From the NCBI RefSeq assembly GCF_006345805.1, contig NW_021827824.1, positions 1-9,910 of the forward strand: DNA of 9,910 bases, read 5' to 3'. Shown in pieces: positions 6,480 through 9,910 of the stretch; position 1 is the first letter of the stretch, and every line of letters begins with the position of its first letter. Both the position numbers and the translations under genes were made by a program. The stretch is from Octopus sinensis. Its lineage: Eukaryota. The notes below the pieces were generated by a model, which saw only the letters and a program-made list of their open reading frames with translations, ran no database searches and had not been told where the DNA came from.

Positions 6480-8160
6480 AGAAATAGTGATCTTCATCCA
6501 AGAAGACCTAGCAACAAATGTCCTCTTCTCCCACTCAAACGCAGTGTGCGATATACTAATAATGTATGTTATTGACCTTCACCTTCAATTTGATCATTTG
6601 CATTACGTACTGTTTTCTTGGTGCAGCTAACTACGGAGATCACTTCAAAGATGTTTTGTCGGCAATAAGTCAAACCCCAAATGAGTCCAGCCTACAGGCC
6701 AATGAACTTTTAGCAGTAGACTTTAATCTTCCTAGTTTCAGCTAATCTGAGGGCTATATCCAACCTGAATCTAAACAACTGAACAGAAGAGATATGAATG
6801 CTCTTCTCGATACCACTACAGATTTGCTCATGCAAAAAATCATTACTAGGGGAAATAACATACTCGACCTGGTCTTTACCACCAATGCAGACTTCTTTCA
6901 CAATGTTCAAGTCATTCTCACAGCTATTTCCGGACACAACACTATACAATTATCAAAGAGAGTAACACACACAAAGAATATCAAACATTACTTACACGGC
7001 ATGAACTTGAACTTCAGGAAGGCCCAGTGGAAGGAAATCGAAACTGGAATCCACGAAACAAACTGGTCTGATCATATTGGCAACCCCAATGTTAACAAGG
7101 GAATGAAATTTCTGTATGAAGAGTTAATCAGGATTTGTTGAAAGCAAGCCCTGTATAAACACGCCTATTCCTGTAAACACTTGATTAAACTATCGCAAGT
7201 GCACTCATCCAAACTAACGAGTTACGCCGATGATGCAAAAATATCAACGACTGTCCAAACTTCAGAAGATACTGTCACACTCCAAAACGAGCTAAACCTC
7301 ATTTATCAATGGGTGGATTAAAACAATAGGAAGTTTAATACATCAAACTTTCAGATTCTTCGTTACGGGGGAAATACACACAAATCACAAATGTCCTCTT
7401 CTCCCACTCAAACAGAGAGCTGATGACATACAGGATTTAGAAGTAATCACGTCAAACGATGCATCTTTCATAAGCCACATCAACAAACTGACCTCTAAAT
7501 GCAAACATCTCATAGGATAGATACTACAAACCTTAAAAACCTTCGTGAAAATAAAACCAGGAGTTAAGCTAGCTCTATGGAAAACCTGAACTCTGAACAA
7601 GTTAGAATACTGTTCACAGCTTTGCTCTCTTAACCCATCCGGTCTCATACAAGAAATTGAAGGGTTACAAAGAACGCCCACCAGCAAAATACCTTTGTGT
7701 AAAAGCTTTAACTACTGGGAATATTTGAAAGCGTTGCGCCTCTACAATCTTGAATCCTGAAAAGATATATACTATCACATACGTATGGAAAATCCTGTTC
7801 AAAGCTTCCGCATTAGAGAGAATTTTAATGCACGATCTGTTAGATATTGTCAGCTTCCAAATATACCACCTTCGAAACTACGAGCAAAAACATTTAATTG
7901 TACGAGTCTGATATTTAGAGGTTCTCAACTGTTCAACTGCCTACCTAAAGTAATCGGAAATATAAGAAACATTAAACCCAAAAACATTGGATAAACTCCT
8001 AACAATGAAACCGGACCAGTCAGCACTCAGGATGCGCTCAGAGGCGATGACTTGCTACTAACTCGATCACAGACCAACTTCGACCTATAAAAGTGACAAA
8101 AAACTGATAAAAAATAAATCAAAGTGGTGCTCCATCATGGCTGCAGTCCTACGACTGAAA
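6480..8160 (+). mobile_element. Decayed, internally deleted CR1-group LINE (APE endonuclease plus RT C-terminal half)
   Basis: APE motifs: IVIFIQEDLATNVLFSHSNAVCDILI, AVDFNLP (GDFN-like, ~6713-6733), TRGNNILDLVFT...SGHN and NFRKAQW. RT motifs: SYADDAKI (YADD 7223-7234), LQNELNLIYQW, FQILRYG, QDLEV...SF..HI, LEYCSQL, EGLQR, NYWEYLKALRLYNLE, GSQLFNCLP, LDKLL..KPDQ, TNSI. Multiple stops and frameshifts. The 3' end has a CAGTC-CTAC-GACTG stem-loop. It may extend upstream to ~6254. Confidence 0.9.
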
Positions 8161-8288
8161 CCTCCCAACTACATGGTTCCTGGTTCAGTCCCACTACGTG
8201 GCACCTTGGGCAAGTGTCTACCGCTATAGCCTCGGGTCGACCGAAGGCTTATCAGTGGATTTGGTAGACGGAAACGAAGCCCATCGCA
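8161..8288 (+). mobile_element. 5'-truncated third SINE family (B-box plus CORE-like block)
   Basis: GGTTCAGTCCC (8182-8192) is B-box-like and ACCTTGGGCAAGTGTCT (8203-8219) is CORE-like; it runs into (TA)n/(GT)n. Confidence 0.7.
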
Positions 8289-8322
8289 TATATATATATA
8301 TTTGTGTGTGTGTGTACATTAT

Positions 8323-8356
<34 letters not shown>

Positions 8357-8371
8357 GACGGGTATATATAT
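8288..8371. repeat. (TA)n/(GT)n/(CA)n compound microsatellite
   Basis: Directly visible; abuts the inferred 3' end of the PLE. Confidence 0.9.
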
Positions 8372-8413
8372 TTTTAAAATTTCGTCTAATGACATAATAG
8401 GTATGTTCTATAA

Positions 8414-8492
8414 CTGCTGAGGTTGGTTTACCACTAAAACTCCGGTGAACCTGCCTATCAAAGATGGCTATAAGTGGTTCATCATTGAGCTG
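8414..8492 (-). ncRNA. Decayed type I hammerhead in the PLE 3' region
   Basis: Minus strand: CAGCTCA-ATGATGA(8485-8479)-ACCACT...AGTGGT (perfect 6 bp, enclosing a GCC-ATC-TTT-GAT-A-GGC hairpin)-AAA-CCAACC-TCAGCAG. Core positions are mutated and stem I is 5/7 complementary. Confidence 0.45.
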
Positions 8493-8732
8493 GTAGATAT
8501 ATGTTAGAAAGAGAGATGAACAAGTAAAACACGTGGTATCACCTTCAAACATATAAACGAGACTAGAAGTACTCAGAAACAAATAGATAGATCGACTGAG
8601 TATTGGGTCAACAATAAAGGGAGTAAATTATATTGGCTCTAAATTAGGAGCTATTATAGAAGTGGTTTAATGTCCTTAACATATTTAAATGTGCGGGTAG
8701 CCTTATGTAAACAAGAAAGACGAAGGTCTGAT

Positions 8733-9134
8733 TTATTCTTTTCTGCTCTAGGCACAAGGTCCGAAATTTGGGGAGGAGGTGACCAGTCGAATAGATCGGC
8801 CCCAGTACGCAACTGGTACTTAATTTATCGACCCCGAAAGGATGAAAGGAAAAATTGACCTCGGCGGAATATGAATTCAGAACATTAAGACAGACGAAAT
8901 ACCTATTTCTTTACTACCCACAAAGGGCTAAACACAGGTAGGACAAACAAGGACAGACAAACGGATTAAGTAAATTATATCGACCCCAGTGCGTAACTGG
9001 TACTTATTTAATCGACCCCGAAATGATGAAAGGCAAAGTCGACCTCGGCGGAATTTGAACTCAGAACGTAGCGGCAGACGAAATACCGCTGAGCATTTCG
9101 CTCGGCGTGCTAACGATTCTGCCAGCTCGGCACC
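8733..9134 (-). mobile_element. Dimeric Meta-domain-like SINE inserted into the PLE
   Basis: Same two-unit layout and the same junction (CAGACGAAATACC|TATTTCTTTACTACCCACAA) as 4257-4641. 5' unit 9134-8904, 3' unit 8903-8733. Degenerate flanking repeat GAAGGTCT (8722-8729)/GAAGATCT (9138-9145). Confidence 0.9.
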
Positions 9135-9910
9135 GTAGAAGATCTAGTGTAGTATTTAGTAGATATTCACTATTTGATCCTTTTAAAATTTCAAACAGCT
9201 CCATGCAGAAAAGCCTGCACCCCTATCTGCTGTTTAAGTGTGGCTTAGCAACCCTAATGATGTCCCAACTTAAATCGAATTTAACATTGTCATCCTTGAT
9301 CTCCCAAATTTTCATGGCTAGGGTTAGTCCTGCTAGCCTTAGACCTTAATTTAAAGGAAGAATAGAAGTTACATAAGCGCCCCTTGAGATTTACAGAACA
9401 GCCGATATAAGTTTGGTCTCTGTTACATCACATCTGTAAACCACATTTCGACCAGAAAGTGGACATGATATTTTGTCTAAACAATTGCACTCAATATTTT
9501 CTAATACTTTAAATTTATTATTATGGGGACAACATCCAACGTTATTACACCGTAATAGTTCAAGCTTGCGAGGGTTACTTGTGTTCGCATTGTTGTTGCT
9601 GTGGTGTACATTACTATGATCAATGCTATTATAATTTGTTGTCGAAGAATGTTGGTACTGGGCATTGTCGTAAGAGATTTGGCTTTCAGATAGTTACACT
9701 ATAGGGTCGAGGATGGGTGGTAAAATGGAAAGATTTCCAACACAAATGTTAGTGTTCTGTGCTTTGAGCATATCGACAACATGAATGGGAGTAGGTGGGT
9801 GGTCATAGCAGCTAGTGGAGAGATGTTATGGCTGTAGGGAACGGTACGGTGTGAGCTTAAGCTAGTGGAATCCGTACTGCTGTCACTATTGGTAGCTGTG
9901 ACAGAGCTGT

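Larger units (their letters stand above)
8372..9910 (-). mobile_element. Decayed Penelope-like element, C-terminal GIY-YIG endonuclease region (Hydra-clade-like), interrupted by a SINE
   Basis: Minus strand: CNCLDKISCPLSG (CxCx5C, 9489-9463), NVVY (9447-9436), frameshift, YIGCSVNLKGR (YIG 9409-9401) LCNFYSSF, frameshift, LAMKIWEIKDDNVKFDLSWDII...CRLFCMELFEI...LLNTTLDL. After the SINE it resumes as DLRLSCLHKATRTF...LL* (CLH 8713-8705, TAA 8656-8654). The RT would lie beyond the window end. Confidence 0.8.

Noticed and set aside
7420-7426. CTGATGA inside the LINE (also CTGACGA at 3496-3502)
   Set aside because: No stem II plus GAAA follows; the LINE instance lies in RT coding sequence.
9135-9910. 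Naiad-type PLE with selenocysteine read-through
   Set aside because: The in-frame stops seen are TAA and TAG with frameshifts, and the endonuclease is C-terminal rather than N-terminal.

Overview
AT-rich eukaryotic non-coding DNA made almost entirely of microsatellites and decayed retroelements. The SINE repertoire looks like an octopod cephalopod; this is an inference from recognising the repeats, not a database result. I found no intact host gene, tRNA gene or CRISPR array, and most tracked ORFs are artefacts of repeats. Three retrotransposon relics are readable only by crossing stops and frameshifts: (1) an R4/Dong-like restriction-like endonuclease C-terminus (~1475-2075, -); (2) an internally deleted CR1-group LINE with APE endonuclease and YADD reverse transcriptase (~6480-8160, +); (3) a Penelope-like element (PLE) with a CxCx5C motif and C-terminal GIY-YIG endonuclease (~8372-9910, -), split by a dimeric SINE. 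About ten copies of a tRNA-headed, Meta-domain-like SINE and two CORE-like SINEs fill much of the rest. The most notable unannotated signal is a set of hammerhead ribozyme motifs. One is nearly intact, with an unusually long stem II (372-455, -). One has a perfect core (5991-6030, +). Several are decayed, including one at the 3' end of the PLE. These fit known PLE biology rather than proving a new system, but the long-stem-II hammerheads and the very long low-complexity PLE linker merit follow-up.
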